A stretch of DNA of 64,000 bases from Felis catus (lineage: Eukaryota): assembly GCF_018350175.1 (NCBI RefSeq), contig NC_058368.1, positions 70,930,001 through 70,994,000 on the forward strand, given 5' to 3'. Positions within the stretch are counted from its first letter, which is position 1, and every line of letters begins with the position of its first letter. The notes under the pieces were generated by a model. That model worked only from the letters and a program-made list of their open reading frames with translations, was not told the origin of the DNA and did no database searches. This document shows, in pieces, positions 61,746 through 64,000 of the stretch. Made by a program: the position numbers and the translations under genes.

Positions 61746-62686
61746 TGTGAGGAAATGGGCAGGCCTATAAAAAGCTCAGAGCAGGCCTATAAACAGAGCA
61801 GCCTGACAGCATTTATTATAGGTACAGTTTTCCATACTTAATTCAATAGTTTCTGAATTATAGTCAAACAACATAACATAATGATTAGCTCAGTATTGGT
61901 ATACCAAGTGCCTAAATGTTCAAGGCATTATACTGGTAGTCTCGGCAGGGGACAAAGAAGTACAAAATAGCAATTTATTTTTCTCATTGTCCAATCTAAG
62001 CTCTGGCTATAACTTTGATATTTAGCATAAACAGCATTCACCAAGCCCCACCAAGGACCAATAAGATCTAATGATTTATTCTTATTTGAACTGATTTATT
62101 CACCAAGCAAGAACATTTGACATGAAAAATGCCAAATTTAGGACAGATAGCTGTTTTCCAGGATGCAACCCCCAAATAATATTTTAATGTGCTTTTAATG
62201 TCTTTTCTTGAAAATGGCTCTCAATGACTATATGCTTACTTTTGTTGGTCACAACCACAGTGGATTTGGGTCTGAAAAGTTGGGCGAGGGCCTAGTAAAA
62301 CAGAAGATAAACATGCCAACTCTTTTCTAGTGCCTTCTGGCTGGGATTTCAGAAAAAGTGGTAGGGGGTCTTAATGTATACTACAGGTAGGATTCAATTT
62401 TCCTCCTACCCACTGATAATGGGACAGTGCCTAAGCAAAGATGTGAGTGATACCTGAAATATAAAGGCCATGGGATTATGTAGGCATTTGCTCATCTCAT
62501 TCTTTTTCAGCTCTTAGCCAAATTCTCTTGTTCCAGAATCTGGATTTATCCCTGGTAAGTATTTCCTTCCCAGGGATGATGATTTTCATTGAGAATGTAA
62601 TGAGTTTCCTAAAAAGAATCAGATTGTATTGGGAGTCCTTAGAACAACAGTCTTTTGTTTAGATTTCAACACATAAAGTCTTTATC

Positions 62687-62690
<4 letters not shown>

Positions 62691-62761
<71 letters not shown>
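62691..62761. repeat. Compound (GT)n(GA)n microsatellite
   Basis: Directly visible. Confidence 0.95.
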
Positions 62762-62765
<4 letters not shown>

Positions 62766-62859
62766 AATGAATGAATGAGAAATGAAAATGTAAGCACAAA
62801 GCCAAGAAAGGAAGACTGGCTTCCAGTTCTTGCCCTATCTGGTTACATGTGAGAATTTG

Positions 62860-63282
62860 TGTAACAGATACCAGCCAGCTGTTCACCAAAACCCACTTCT
62901 ACTTCTTCCTGGCACACAGATGATATTTCCCAGCCTCCTTTGCAGTTACATATTGCCATATGATTAAGTTCTGACCCACAGAATGTGGGTGGGAGTGATG
63001 TTTACTACTTCCAGCCCTCACCCATAAAAACTTTTCACTATCCACCATGTTCTTTCTCCTTGTCAATTGTTAATAGCCAGAGAGACACCTTGAAAGTTGT
63101 GGGTTAAAGATGATAGGGCCACTGGGGCACCTGGGTGGCTCAGTCGGTTAAGCATCCGACTTCAGCTCAGGTCATGGAGTTTGAGCCCCAGTTTGTGAAT
63201 TTGAGCCCTGCATCAGGCTCCATGCTGGCATTGTGGAGCCTGCTTGGGATTCTCAGCTCTCTCCTCTCTCTGCCCCTCCCCT

Positions 63283-63328
<46 letters not shown>

Positions 63329-63515
63329 AATTAATTTTTAAAAAAGATGATAGAGCTACTGGCAGCCTGGGTCCCTGAAGACTGGGTGGAGCAGAAGGCA
63401 ACCCCTGCCCCCACTCACAGATTAGATTCAACATGAACAAGACAGGAGCTGCTACTGTGTTAAGCCTCTATGATTGTAGGTTTTCTGTTCTACCAGCTCA
63501 TATCACTGTAGCTAA
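62860..63515 (+). mobile_element. MLT1-type MaLR LTR with an inserted CanSINE (63125-63343, +)
   Basis: atttcccagcctcctttgcagtta...ggcagcctgggtccctgaagactgggtggagcaga...tgtgttaagcctct; SINE TSD aaagatgatagRgcYact. Confidence 0.8.
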
Positions 63516-64000
63516 AATGTGAAGTCATTTACCCTCTTCGCTTTCTATAGCTGTAAGGTAGGATTTGCTTTGTGCAAAGCTCCACTTAATCCACTTGAAA
63601 TGTGCCATGTGTAAAAATGCTTTCCTTACCCAGTGTTCTTTTCTAGTCACTCCCCATGCATATTTACTTCGTTGCAGTAATAGTTTGAATGTAATTTTGT
63701 AGTTAGATATTTTTTACTTAACACAGCACAAGAATTTTTCCACATCACCATAGTCTTCATAATTATAAATGTTAATGACTTCTTAATATTCTATCAAGCT
63801 GATGCACAAAAATTGTCTAAAACAAGTATGAGATGCTACTGTTATACCCTGCTTTGAGACAATCCAACTTATCAAAATGCTTAAATCAGGAGGGTGAATG
63901 GTAAAGTTAAAGCAATGTTTGCTCATCAAAAGAATTCTCTACCAGGGATTTTTAAATAGCAAGTTCTTCTTGTGTTTCTTTGGTATAATTTAAATTACAA

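Larger units (their letters stand above)
30725..64000 (+). other. CLYBL: CLYBL intron 2 (partial)
   Basis: Lies downstream of the exon 2 donor; the expected exon 3 peptide (NEARLRIV...) was not found. Confidence 0.85.

Noticed and set aside
61759..61793. Tandem gcaggcctataaa resembling two TATA boxes
   Set aside because: A short local duplication with no other promoter evidence.
30725..64000. Orthologue of the human CLYBL intron 2 safe-harbour site and CLYBL antisense lncRNAs
   Set aside because: Known for the human locus but cannot be located from this sequence without alignment.

Overview
This is felid (most likely domestic cat) genomic DNA, identified by about 40 tRNA-derived CanSINEs, including six near-consensus SINEC_Fc-type copies. 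The only protein-coding sequence I can support is one 187-bp exon on the + strand (30538-30724). It matches CLYBL exon 2 (mitochondrial citramalyl-CoA lyase, citrate lyase beta-like), so the window is the 3' part of intron 1, exon 2 and the 5' part of intron 2. The supplied ORF track misses this exon, and its ORFs appear to be repeat-derived or chance. The rest is SINEs, L1/L2/MIR fragments, MLT LTRs, old DNA-transposon relics and microsatellites. Several repeat-free blocks are dense in developmental transcription-factor motifs and are plausible long-range enhancers; CLYBL neighbours ZIC5/ZIC2 in mammals. I found no convincing new biological system. The best leads are a cryptic ~40-bp-period degenerate array at 47990-48490, the candidate enhancer blocks, possible back-splicing of exon 2, and repeated reuse of the same SINE target sites. 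Repeat subfamily names and old-repeat boundaries are by eye and approximate.
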